A DNA stretch of 64,000 bases, taken from NCBI GenBank assembly GCA_963774095.1, contig CAVZDS010000005.1:31949-95948 (forward strand), written 5' to 3'. The notes below the pieces were generated by a model. That model saw only the letters and a program-made list of their open reading frames with translations, ran no database searches and was not told the DNA's origin. Position numbers and translations under genes: made by a program. The DNA comes from an uncultured Thermoleophilaceae bacterium (GTDB taxonomy: Bacteria > Actinomycetota > Thermoleophilia > Solirubrobacterales > Thermoleophilaceae). Shown in pieces: positions 55,110 through 63,387 of the stretch; within the stretch, counting starts at the first letter, position 1, and every line of letters starts with the position of its first letter.

Positions 55110-56275
55110 CGGTCCAGCGCCTCGTCGTCGTGGGCCACCGTCACGTTCCACTCCTGCTCTCGGCCCGCCGTGGTGAGCACGCCGCGGTTCATCAGCCAGG
55201 TCCAGATCAGCTCGGAGGGCACCGGGTCCTTCCCCCACCTGACGCAGCCCTTCGAGCCGAGCCCCACGCAGTGCGCGTCCAGCCCGCCCGCTTCGATCAC
55301 GCCCTCGCAGCCGGCCACCATGCGCGCGCCGAGCCGGTCGAGCTGCTCATACGCGGCTGGGGTCAGCACCTCTCGCAGGCTCGCCGCGGCGGCGGCCATC
55401 GACAGCGGGTTGCCGTTGTAGGTGCCGAGCAGCCGCAGGCGGCCGTCCTCCACCGGCCGCGCCAGCTCCGCCGTCATGCCGACCGCGCCGCTGGGGAGGC
55501 CGCCGCCGAGCGACTTCGCCAGGGTCACGATGTCCGGCTTGGCGCCGAGCCGCTCGACCGCGCCGCCGGCGGCGATCGTGAGGCCCGTCTTGACCTCGTC
55601 GAGGATCAGGACCACTCCGTGCCGTCGCGTGAGCTCGCGCACCGCGTCGAGATAGCCCGGCTCCGGGAGCACGAGCCCCACGCTTGTCATCGCTCCCTCC
55701 ATGATCACGCAGGCCGGCGCGATCTCGGCGATGCAGCGCTCGAGTGCCTCGGGGTCGTTGAAGGCGACCTCGTGCAGCTCCGAGATATCGGCGTGGCCGT
55801 GGTAGGCGCCGGTCATCTGCACCACGCCCGCCCGGCCGGTCGCCTCGCGCGCGAGCCGGATCGCGGCCATGTTCGCCTCGGTGCCGGAGTTCGTGAAGCG
55901 CCAGCGTGGGAGCCCGAAGCGGCGCTCCAGCTCCTCGGCCACGGCCACGGCGTCCTCCGTGGTCGCGCCGAAGTGGGTGCCGAGGCGGACGCGCTCGTTC
56001 ACGGCGGCCACGACCGCCGGGTGCGCGTGCCCCTGCACCATCGCGCTGAAGCCGTTGTGGAAGTCCACGTACTCGTGGCCGTCCACGTCCCAGACCCGAG
56101 CGCCGTCGCCGCGTGCGAGGTACACCGGCCAGGGATCGCGGCCGTGGAAGGACGATGTGACGCCTCCAGCCAGAGTGCGCTCGGCGCGCGTGAGCATCGC
56201 CTTCGACGCGTGCGTTCGCTGCGCGAAGAGCTCGGCCTCGCGCGCGCTCAGCTCGCGTATTCGCTGCCCGTCCAT
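54917..56275 (-). CDS. Class III PLP aminotransferase (glutamate-1-semialdehyde aminomutase-like family)
   Basis: ATG 56275 lies within track ORF 54917-56347. VDFHNGFSAMVQGHAHP, RFTNSGTEANMAAIRLAR, LILDEVKTG, and TLAKSLGGGLP (the PLP Lys region). The last ~50 codons (STIVRLCSRMNCGRYQ...) are antisense to the ALDH 3' end and look like read-through. Confidence 0.82.
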   Translation of the reverse strand: MDGQRIRELSAREAELFAQRTHASKAMLTRAERTLAGGVTSSFHGRDPWPVYLARGDGARVWDVDGHEYVDFHNGFSAMVQGHAHPAVVAAVNERVRLGTHFGATTEDAVAVAEELERRFGLPRWRFTNSGTEANMAAIRLAREATGRAGVVQMTGAYHGHADISELHEVAFNDPEALERCIAEIAPACVIMEGAMTSVGLVLPEPGYLDAVRELTRRHGVVLILDEVKTGLTIAAGGAVERLGAKPDIVTLAKSLGGGLPSGAVGMTAELARPVEDGRLRLLGTYNGNPLSMAAAAASLREVLTPAAYEQLDRLGARMVAGCEGVIEAGGLDAHCVGLGSKGCVRWGKDPVPSELIWTWLMNRGVLTTAGREQEWNVTVAHDDEALDRYLGAFAGLVAELSSTIVRLCSRMNCGRYQAPSPPLPVEPLDFQPQNVCVPGQAPVVAPARRFT

Positions 56276-57456
56276 GCCTCTCGGTCGGCGGGGAACAGGG
56301 GCTCGGGGCCGTTGCCCGCGATCGTGTCGGCCAGGTCGCGCCCGCACATGAAGCCGGGCACGTTGCCCACGCCCGAGTAGCCACCGGACACGAACAGGCC
56401 CGGGCGGCCGGGCACCTCGCCCACGTAGGGCAGCGAGTCGCCGCTGTAGCCCACCACGCCTGCCCAGCGATGGCTCACGCGTGCGTCCGTGCCGAGGTCC
56501 TCGTGCAGGTAGCGCTCCACCCGCTCCCAGATCTCGGGGCTGCCGGCGTCGCTGTCGGTGTACGACTCGTCTGCATCCACGTCGCTGAACCCGCCCGCGA
56601 GGATGCGCCCGTCGGGACGCTGCTGGAGGTATTCGTAGCCCCAGCGCGCGTACACGAGATGCTCGAGCGTCGGCGGGAGCGGCTCGGTGGCCACCATGTG
56701 CAGGCGGCGCGCGCGCACGCGTGCCGCGTACTCCGGCACCAGCGCCGGCAGCGCGCCGTCGGCGGCCACCACCACGTGCCGCGCACGCACGCTTCCGCGA
56801 TCCGTGAGCACCGGCCCCTCGTCCGGCGCAGGAACGGACCCGGACACCGTCGTGCCCTCGCAGATGCGCGCGCCGGCGGCCTCGGCTGCTCCGGCGAGCA
56901 GCCGGTACCAGCGCGCGGGGTGAAGGGCGCCGTCGTGGTCGGTGAGGCAGGCCACGAGGCCGGTGCGCCTGAGGGCGGGCGGAAGCTCGTCGCGCTCGAC
57001 CAGCTCGCCGGGGAAGCCGTCATCAAGGAGCGCGCGGACGTGATCGCGCACGTGCCCGGCCTCGTCCTCCGACACGGCCAGGCGCAGCAGGCCCACCCGC
57101 CGGAGCGCATCGCCGGCGCCGAGCTCCGCGGCCAGCTCGTAGATATCGCGCTGCGCCTCCAGTGTGCGCGCGTACATCGAGCGCGCCCGTTCGGCCCCGT
57201 ACTGCTCGCGGGAGTCGTTGTGGAAGCTCGCCACGCCGGCGATCAGAAAGCCGCCGTTGCGCCCGCTCGCGCCGCCCGCGACCGTGCCTGCCTCGAGCAG
57301 CACCGTCTCGATGCCGTGCTCGGCCAGCCGGCGCGCGCAGGACAGGCCGCCCACGCCGCCGCCGATCACGCACGCCTCCACCTCGAGGTCCCCGTCGAGG
57401 GGCGCTCTCGGCTCGTAGGGAGCGTCGAGCCAGTAGGGAGTTGTTCCACTCGTCAT
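56248..57456 (-). CDS. FAD-dependent oxidoreductase, DAO family (PuuB/gamma-glutamylputrescine-oxidase or sarcosine-oxidase-beta like)
   Basis: The ATG 57456 overlaps the iclR stop (ATGA at 57453-57456). ACVIGGGVGGLSCARRLAEHGIETVLLEAGTVAGGASGRNGGFL. Confidence 0.85.
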   Translation of the reverse strand: MTSGTTPYWLDAPYEPRAPLDGDLEVEACVIGGGVGGLSCARRLAEHGIETVLLEAGTVAGGASGRNGGFLIAGVASFHNDSREQYGAERARSMYARTLEAQRDIYELAAELGAGDALRRVGLLRLAVSEDEAGHVRDHVRALLDDGFPGELVERDELPPALRRTGLVACLTDHDGALHPARWYRLLAGAAEAAGARICEGTTVSGSVPAPDEGPVLTDRGSVRARHVVVAADGALPALVPEYAARVRARRLHMVATEPLPPTLEHLVYARWGYEYLQQRPDGRILAGGFSDVDADESYTDSDAGSPEIWERVERYLHEDLGTDARVSHRWAGVVGYSGDSLPYVGEVPGRPGLFVSGGYSGVGNVPGFMCGRDLADTIAGNGPEPLFPADREAWTGSEYAS

Positions 57457-58218
57457 GCCGCGCCCGTGATTCTCGCTGCTGCGGCGCGGAGCTCGCGCGT
57501 GAGCTCGGCCGTGGCCTCTCGGCCCGCGCGCGACGACGGCAGCGACACGTTCACGGCCACCGGCCCGTCGCCCTCGATCCAGGCGATCGGCACGGCTATC
57601 GAGTGGAGGCCGAGCTCGTACTCCTCGCGCGAGTACGCCACGCCCTCGCGGCGCACCCGCTCGAGCTGTGGGCGGAGCTTCTCCCAGCTCGTGAGCGTCC
57701 GCGGCGTCAGGGCCGGGTACGGCTCGCGGCCGACCGCGCGGCGGGCTTCCTCGTCGCCTAGCTGCGCGAGCAGGCACTTGCCGAGGGCAGTGGCGTGCGC
57801 GGGCAGCCGCAGCCCCACGTGCGACCTGAGCGTGAGCAGGTTGCTGCCCGTCTCGCTCACCAGGTAGAGGACCTCGCCGCCGTCGAGCGTCGCCAGGTTC
57901 ACGGTCTCGCCGCTCCGCTCGGCCACGCGCGCGCAGAGGATCGCGCGCCAGGTCGGGCAGCCGCAGGGCCGGCAGCAGCCGCGCGGCGCCGAGCCCCAGC
58001 CTCAGCCTGCGGCTGCGGGCGTCCCGAACCAGCCAGCCGCGTTCGGTGAGAAGCTTGACGAGGCGGTGTACCGTGGGCACTGGAAGTCCGAGCCGCTCCG
58101 AGATCTCCGTCTGGGTCAGTTCCGGCGAGTCTCCGGCGAACAGCTCGAGGATGTCGAGGCCCCGGGCCAGCGTGCCCACAGATCCCTTGTTCTCAACCCG
58201 CGAAAGTTGCTTTCGCAT
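57453..58218 (-). pseudogene. IclR family transcriptional regulator interrupted by a frameshift, or a sequence error
   Basis: The HTH half (MRKQLSRVENKGSVGTLARGLDILELFAGDSPELTQTEISERLGLPVPTVHRLVKLLTERGWL) is in the frame that begins at 58218. The effector half (AERSGETVNLATLDGGEVLYL...VGLRLPAHATALGKCLLA...GLHSIAVPI) is in the +1 frame, ORF 57453-57926. The shift must lie between 57927 and 58001. Skipping the G at about 57942 gives the continuous ...RLPDLAR-ILCARVAERSGETV... Confidence 0.8.
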
Positions 58219-58244
58219 ATCGACTCTGGAAGGATAACCGGCCG

Positions 58245-59318
58245 ATGGGTCGCACGGAGGTCGAGTCGCGCGTCGAGACGCTTCCCTACAGCTGGTACGC
58301 GGACCCCGAGGTCGCGCGGGCCGAGCAGGAGCACATCTTCCGGCGCTCGTGGCAGTACGTCGGACACCTGGGCGAGCTCGATGGTCCGGGCAGCATGTTC
58401 CCCACGCAGATAGGCGGGCTCCCGCTTGTGGTGGTGCTCGACCGCGGGGAGGAGCTGCGGGCCTTCCTGAACGTGTGCCGCCACCGGGGCACGGTGCTCG
58501 TGAACGAGCCGCAGAAGCGCGGCACGATCCAGTGCCCCTACCACGCCTGGACGTACGGCCTCGACGGCAGCCTGCGCGGCGCGCCGCGAAGCAAGGAGGA
58601 GCCGGACTTCGACATGGATTGCCTCGGCCTCGTGCCCGCGCAGGTGGGCAGCTGGGGCCCGTTCGTGTTCGCGAACCCGGACATGGCCGCCCCGGGATTG
58701 GACGTCGCGCTCGGCGACCTGCCGGAGGTCGTGGCCGAGAACGGTCTCGACGTGGACTCGCTCCGCTTCCACGACCGCGTCGCCTACGAGATCAAGGCGA
58801 ACTGGAAGATCGCGATCGAGAACTACCTCGAGTGCTACCACTGCCAGCTGAACCACCCGGGCTTCGTGAAGCTGATCGACGAGGAGCGGCAGCGGATGGA
58901 GGCGGTCGGGCTTCGCCTGAGCCAGTTCCCGCCGGTGCATCCCGACGCCTACACCGAGGCAGCGCCGTACGACGTGAGCCGCGACGGCGTGCCCACGGCG
59001 CAGTACCACATCCTCTTCCCGGCGATGAAGTTCAACGTGAACCCGGGCCGGCCGAACCTGTCGATCGGCCCGCTGTGGCCCGCTGGTACGGATCGCACCT
59101 CGGGCTGGTACGACCGCTTCTTCCCGGAGGGCACCGACGAGGCCTGGATCGAGGAGATGCGGGTGTTCGACAACCAGGTGGGAGCCGAGGACACCGGCCT
59201 CGTCGAGGCGGTGCAGCGCGGCGCGGCCAGCGGGGCGCTCGAGCACGGCCGCCTGCTCACGCGCACCGAGGCGCTGATCGGCGCCTTCCAGGACATGGTG
59301 CGCGCTCGCCTGGGCTAG
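58245..59318 (+). CDS. Rieske [2Fe-2S] oxygenase alpha subunit; paralogue of 33108-34217
   Basis: SD GGAAGGA upstream. Rieske motif CRHRGTVL...CPYHAWTY. Iron motif NYLECYHCQLNHP. Confidence 0.87.
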   Translation: MGRTEVESRVETLPYSWYADPEVARAEQEHIFRRSWQYVGHLGELDGPGSMFPTQIGGLPLVVVLDRGEELRAFLNVCRHRGTVLVNEPQKRGTIQCPYHAWTYGLDGSLRGAPRSKEEPDFDMDCLGLVPAQVGSWGPFVFANPDMAAPGLDVALGDLPEVVAENGLDVDSLRFHDRVAYEIKANWKIAIENYLECYHCQLNHPGFVKLIDEERQRMEAVGLRLSQFPPVHPDAYTEAAPYDVSRDGVPTAQYHILFPAMKFNVNPGRPNLSIGPLWPAGTDRTSGWYDRFFPEGTDEAWIEEMRVFDNQVGAEDTGLVEAVQRGAASGALEHGRLLTRTEALIGAFQDMVRARLG

Positions 59319-61343
59319 TCAGCCCAGCTCGCGCGGCGTTTCGAAGCTCCACTCGCGGCGCCGCACGCTCTCACCGTTCTCGAACGCCTCCAGCTCGGTC
59401 CTGACGCGGAAGCGCTCAGCGTCCGCGTCCATGACCGCGCGCACGTCGGTGCGGGTGCTCCAGCCGTCTCTGGCCAACTCGGTGGCGGTGTGGCAGCGCA
59501 CCTCGGCCGACAGGGGGTCACCCGGCACGACGGCGTACGAGGTGGTGGCCCAGCATCCGGCGATCACCCCCGCGTCCACGAGCCGGTAGCGCCCGCCGGT
59601 GGCCCACCTGAACGTGAGCTCGGTTCGGCCGCTGGCGAAATCGCGACTGAGCGTGCGCCCGCCGTCGTCCGGCTCGAGCGTCTCCACCTCGAGCGGCGCA
59701 GCGCCCTCCGGCTCCTCGAACGGGCGCAGCTCGCTGTCCTCGGCCCGTGGCTCGCGCACGGGTAAGACCAGCGCGCTCGCCGCGGTGTGAATCCCGAGCG
59801 TCACAGGCTTCGGCACCGGCCAGAGCCACGGCCAGTACGCGGGTGAGAGAGCAAGTCGCAGCCGGTGCCCGGCGGGAATCGCCTGGGCGATGGCGTCCAG
59901 CTCCACCACCACGCGCGTGCGCGCTCCCGGCTCGAGCGGCTCCGGGTGTTCGTGGCTGTGCCGGTGCGTCAGGTTCAGGACGCCGCGGGTCACGAGCAGC
60001 GAGCTGCCGTCAGGTGCCACGTCGCAGAGCCGCGCGCATATCTGCGCGACCGGCCGGTCGCTGTCCAGCTCGAGCTCCGCGCGCGCATTGCCCAGCAGCT
60101 CGATCCGCTCGGGGAGCGCCTCCGAGGTGAAGCTGAGCGCGCGGCCGTCGTCCGCGCGCTGGTCGACGGCCGCGTCGGCCTCGTTGCCGTCGGCGCACCA
60201 GACGCCGCTGTCGAGGCCGCAGAGCAGGTCGGTCGAGATCTCGAGCCGGCGCTCGTCCGTATCCGGCTCGGCGGCGAGCCGGCCATCGCCCAGACAGAGC
60301 CGTCGCTCTTCGATCTCTGGCGAGGGCCAGGCCGCCTCGCCAACCCAGCGTCCGGGACGCTCGACGTGCCGGGCCGCGGGCGCCACCGGCTCCTGCATCC
60401 ATGCGCGCAGGAGCGGCTCGTCCGCGATCCCGGTGTCCACGCCCTTCAGCCACCGGTCCCACCAGCGCAGGCACTCCTGGAGGAAGCCGATCGCGGGTCC
60501 GGGCTCGACCTCGTCGGGGAAGGCGTGCGACCACGGGCCGATCAGGCCCTTCGAGGGCGAGCCGAGGCCCGCAACGAGCCGCAGGACCGCCTCGGAGTAG
60601 CCGTCGGCCCAGCCGCCGATCGCGTAGACCGGACACTCGATCGCGCGGTAGTCCTCGCAGACCGACCCCTGCTTCCAGTAGTCGTCGCGACGCTGGTGGC
60701 GAAGCCACTCGTACTCGTACGGCTCCACGCTGTCGATGCGCTCGAGCCACGCCTCCCGCCATCCCGGCCCCGCCACCTCGGGGTCGGGCGCGATCGCGTT
60801 GAAGGACAGCATCGACGCTCCCCACGAGAGCATCTCGAGAGCGAGCACCGCGCCGCCGCGGTAGTGCACGTCGTCCGCGTAGCGGTCGTCCGTCGAGCAG
60901 AGGCTGATCACCGCCTTCAGCTCGGGCGGGCGGCGGGCTGCCACCTGGAGGCCGTTGAAGCCGCCCCACGAGATCCCGAACATCCCGGCGGAGCCGGTGC
61001 ACCAGGGCTGCTCCCCAATCCACCTGAGCACCTCCACCGCGTCCTCCTGCTCCTGGGGCAGGTACTCGTCATGGAGCAGGCCGTCCGACTCGCCGCTGCC
61101 GCGCAGGTCCACGCGCAGCACCGCGTAGCCATGCCCGGCGACGTACGCGTGCCGGGGCTGGTCGCGCGGCGCCGTGCCGTCGCCCTTCCGGTAGGGGATG
61201 TACTCGAGGATCGCCGGGACCGGGTCGGCCTCGGCGTCCTCGGGCAGCCAGATGCGCGCGCCGAGGCGGCTGCCGTCCGAGAGCGGGATCCACACGTGGT
61301 CGATCGTCCGCACGGCGCGCGGCAGGTCCGTGACGACTCTCAT
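59319..61343 (-). CDS. CocE/NonD family hydrolase (S15 X-Pro dipeptidyl-peptidase-like)
   Basis: PAILEYIPYRK, VDLRGSGESDG, nucleophile GMFGISWGGF, and the large C-terminal beta-sandwich typical of the family. Confidence 0.87.
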   Translation of the reverse strand: MRVVTDLPRAVRTIDHVWIPLSDGSRLGARIWLPEDAEADPVPAILEYIPYRKGDGTAPRDQPRHAYVAGHGYAVLRVDLRGSGESDGLLHDEYLPQEQEDAVEVLRWIGEQPWCTGSAGMFGISWGGFNGLQVAARRPPELKAVISLCSTDDRYADDVHYRGGAVLALEMLSWGASMLSFNAIAPDPEVAGPGWREAWLERIDSVEPYEYEWLRHQRRDDYWKQGSVCEDYRAIECPVYAIGGWADGYSEAVLRLVAGLGSPSKGLIGPWSHAFPDEVEPGPAIGFLQECLRWWDRWLKGVDTGIADEPLLRAWMQEPVAPAARHVERPGRWVGEAAWPSPEIEERRLCLGDGRLAAEPDTDERRLEISTDLLCGLDSGVWCADGNEADAAVDQRADDGRALSFTSEALPERIELLGNARAELELDSDRPVAQICARLCDVAPDGSSLLVTRGVLNLTHRHSHEHPEPLEPGARTRVVVELDAIAQAIPAGHRLRLALSPAYWPWLWPVPKPVTLGIHTAASALVLPVREPRAEDSELRPFEEPEGAAPLEVETLEPDDGGRTLSRDFASGRTELTFRWATGGRYRLVDAGVIAGCWATTSYAVVPGDPLSAEVRCHTATELARDGWSTRTDVRAVMDADAERFRVRTELEAFENGESVRRREWSFETPRELG

Positions 61344-62542
61344 CGGCGCGCGTGCGCTCCGAGCAACTCGTCGGCGTGCTCGCCGAGGGCGGGGGCCGGG
61401 CGGCTGCGGCCGGTGGCGGCGCCGTCGACCTTGAAGGGACTGCCGAGCAGGCGCACCGGCCCGACCCCGGGCTGCTCGACCTCCTGGACGAGGCCGTTGG
61501 CCCGCACCTGCGGGTCGTCGAAGAGCTGGCCCAGGCTTCGCACCTCGCTCGCGGGCACGCGGCGCGCGGCAAGAGCCTCGACCGCCTCACGCACGCCGAG
61601 GCGAGCGAAGCCCTTCTCCACCTCACCCACGTGCGCGGCGCGCCGGGCGCGCTCGGCGGCGTCCGCCGGCTCGGCCTGGGGGTTGTCGGCGAATGGGTCG
61701 TCGAGCCCGAGCAGATCGCAGACCGCGAGCCGCTGGGTGGGATTGAGGCATGCGAGAGCGATGAAGCCGTCGGCGCATGCGTGGGCGCGGTAGTAGGGGT
61801 CGAGCTCCTCGAGGACCTGCGCGCGCCGGCCCAGCTCCTCGAGCTGCTCGCGGCCGGCGAATCCAGCCCCGCCGCCCGGCTCGTCGAGGCCCTCGACCGC
61901 CACGAAGCGCTGCGCCTGAAGCGCCAGCGCCGCGCCGAGCAGCGACACCTCGATCTCGGGTGCGCGCTCGCCGCGGCCGAGCAGGCCTGCGGTCACGGCG
62001 AGGGCCGCGAGCAGCCCGGCGGTGAAGTCGGCGAGCGCGAGCCCGCCGCTGCGGCGCGGAACCTCGTCGCCCGGCCGAGGGTCGGCGAGCAGCAGCCCCG
62101 AGAGCGCCTGGCCGATGAGGTCGTAGGCCGGGCGCTCGGAGTCCGGCCCGGCGCTTCCGAACGCCGACACGCACACGCTCACGCAGCGCGGGTTCACCTC
62201 GCGGACGCTTGCCGGGTCGAGCCCGAAGCCGCGGGCGCGCTCCGGCAGGCAGTTGTGCACGAGTGCGTCGGCGGACGCGATCAGCGCCTGGCTGCGCGCG
62301 CGTCCCTCGGCCGACTTCAGGTCGAGCGCCACGGAGCGCTTGCCGCGGTTGAGCGCGTAGAAGTAGCGGCTCTCGCCCTCCTCGAAGGGGTCATAGCGGC
62401 GCCACTCGTCACCGCCGGGGGGTTCCACCTTCACGACATCGGCGCCGAGGTCCGCCAGGAGCATGGTCGCGAACGGAGATGCCACGTACTGGCCGTAGTC
62501 GAGCACGCGCAGGCCGTCGAGTGGGAGCTCCGCGGCGGTCAT
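61340..62542 (-). CDS. Family III CoA-transferase (CaiB/BaiF type)
   Basis: LDGLRVLDYGQYVASPFATMLLADLGADVVKVEPPGGDEWR...LNRGKRSVALDLK. Its stop overlaps the CocE/NonD start (ATGA). Confidence 0.88.
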   Translation of the reverse strand: MTAAELPLDGLRVLDYGQYVASPFATMLLADLGADVVKVEPPGGDEWRRYDPFEEGESRYFYALNRGKRSVALDLKSAEGRARSQALIASADALVHNCLPERARGFGLDPASVREVNPRCVSVCVSAFGSAGPDSERPAYDLIGQALSGLLLADPRPGDEVPRRSGGLALADFTAGLLAALAVTAGLLGRGERAPEIEVSLLGAALALQAQRFVAVEGLDEPGGGAGFAGREQLEELGRRAQVLEELDPYYRAHACADGFIALACLNPTQRLAVCDLLGLDDPFADNPQAEPADAAERARRAAHVGEVEKGFARLGVREAVEALAARRVPASEVRSLGQLFDDPQVRANGLVQEVEQPGVGPVRLLGSPFKVDGAATGRSRPAPALGEHADELLGAHARR

Positions 62543-63387
62543 CCGGACGGACTCTCCCAGGCGATCAGGGCCGCGTCCGCCCAGGCGCGCGCCGAGCGGC
62601 TGCGCCGCTGGGCGTACTGGAGCGGGAACTCGAGCGTGAAGCCGAGCGCACCGGTCACCTGCGTGCAGATTGCAACCGCGCGCTCGGCGGCCTGGCCCGC
62701 GTGAGCGAGCGCGTCCGCGCCCGGGCAGTCCGCGCTCAGCAGCGTCAGCCCGTCCACGAGCGTCGCGGCGTCGGCGAGCATCTGCTGCACGGGCTCGAGT
62801 GCCGCAAGCGGCCCCCCGAACGCGCGCCGTGAATGAACATGCTCCAGCGCGAGCCGGAGCGCCTCCTCGCCCAGCCCGGCGAGATAGCCGCTCGAGGCGG
62901 CGATCCAGGCGTTCATGCGGATGCGCGCCTCGGTGTCATCCAGCGGCTCGGAGGCGCCGCTCAGCACGCGCGCAACTCCCAGCGAGTCCGTGTACGGCAG
63001 CGCTGACAGGCCGTCTCTGCGTGCGTGGCTCAGCTTGCCGGCCCGTGGCTCCGCGAGCGGCGCGCCCTCCCTGGCGTAGCGCGCGAGCCCGTCCAGCGTC
63101 AGCGCCCCGCCGAGCAGCGCGTCCACCGGCGCGAGGGAGGCGAATCCGCGTCCCAGCGCCGCTCCGGCGGGAGCGGCGAGGGGGAGGAGGCCGCCGTCGT
63201 GGCCGAGCTCGGCCCAGCCCGCCTCGTCCAGAGCGCGCTCCAGCGCCGGATCCGCGTCCGACGCGGCCGCGCCGGGCCGCCACGGGTCCGGCTGTGCATG
63301 CCGCGCGACGATCGCTGCCACCGTCGCTGCGAACTGCCGCGCCTCGTCGACCCCGACCGTGTCGGCCACCGGGCTCACGCCGCGCAC
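62539..63387 (-). CDS. Acyl-CoA dehydrogenase-like protein, short form (282 aa; possible non-catalytic partner subunit)
   Basis: ACAD C-terminal-domain-like segments (LALEHVHSRRAFGGPLAALEPVQQMLADA..., VTGALGFTLEFPLQYAQRRSR). The N-terminal half is poorly ACAD-like. The gene overlaps the upstream ACAD by 13 nt and the downstream CoA-transferase by ATGA. Confidence 0.7.
   Translation of the reverse strand: MRGVSPVADTVGVDEARQFAATVAAIVARHAQPDPWRPGAAASDADPALERALDEAGWAELGHDGGLLPLAAPAGAALGRGFASLAPVDALLGGALTLDGLARYAREGAPLAEPRAGKLSHARRDGLSALPYTDSLGVARVLSGASEPLDDTEARIRMNAWIAASSGYLAGLGEEALRLALEHVHSRRAFGGPLAALEPVQQMLADAATLVDGLTLLSADCPGADALAHAGQAAERAVAICTQVTGALGFTLEFPLQYAQRRSRSARAWADAALIAWESPSG

Noticed and set aside
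56248-58218. A 656-aa ORF that looks like a fusion of an IclR HTH domain to an FAD oxidoreductase
   Set aside because: The ~160 residues between the two parts are Arg-rich out-of-frame translation of the IclR effector domain. The proper frame of that domain is ORF 57453-57926. The oxidase has its own ATG at 57456 in an ATGA overlap. I interpret this as a frameshifted iclR plus a separate oxidase gene.
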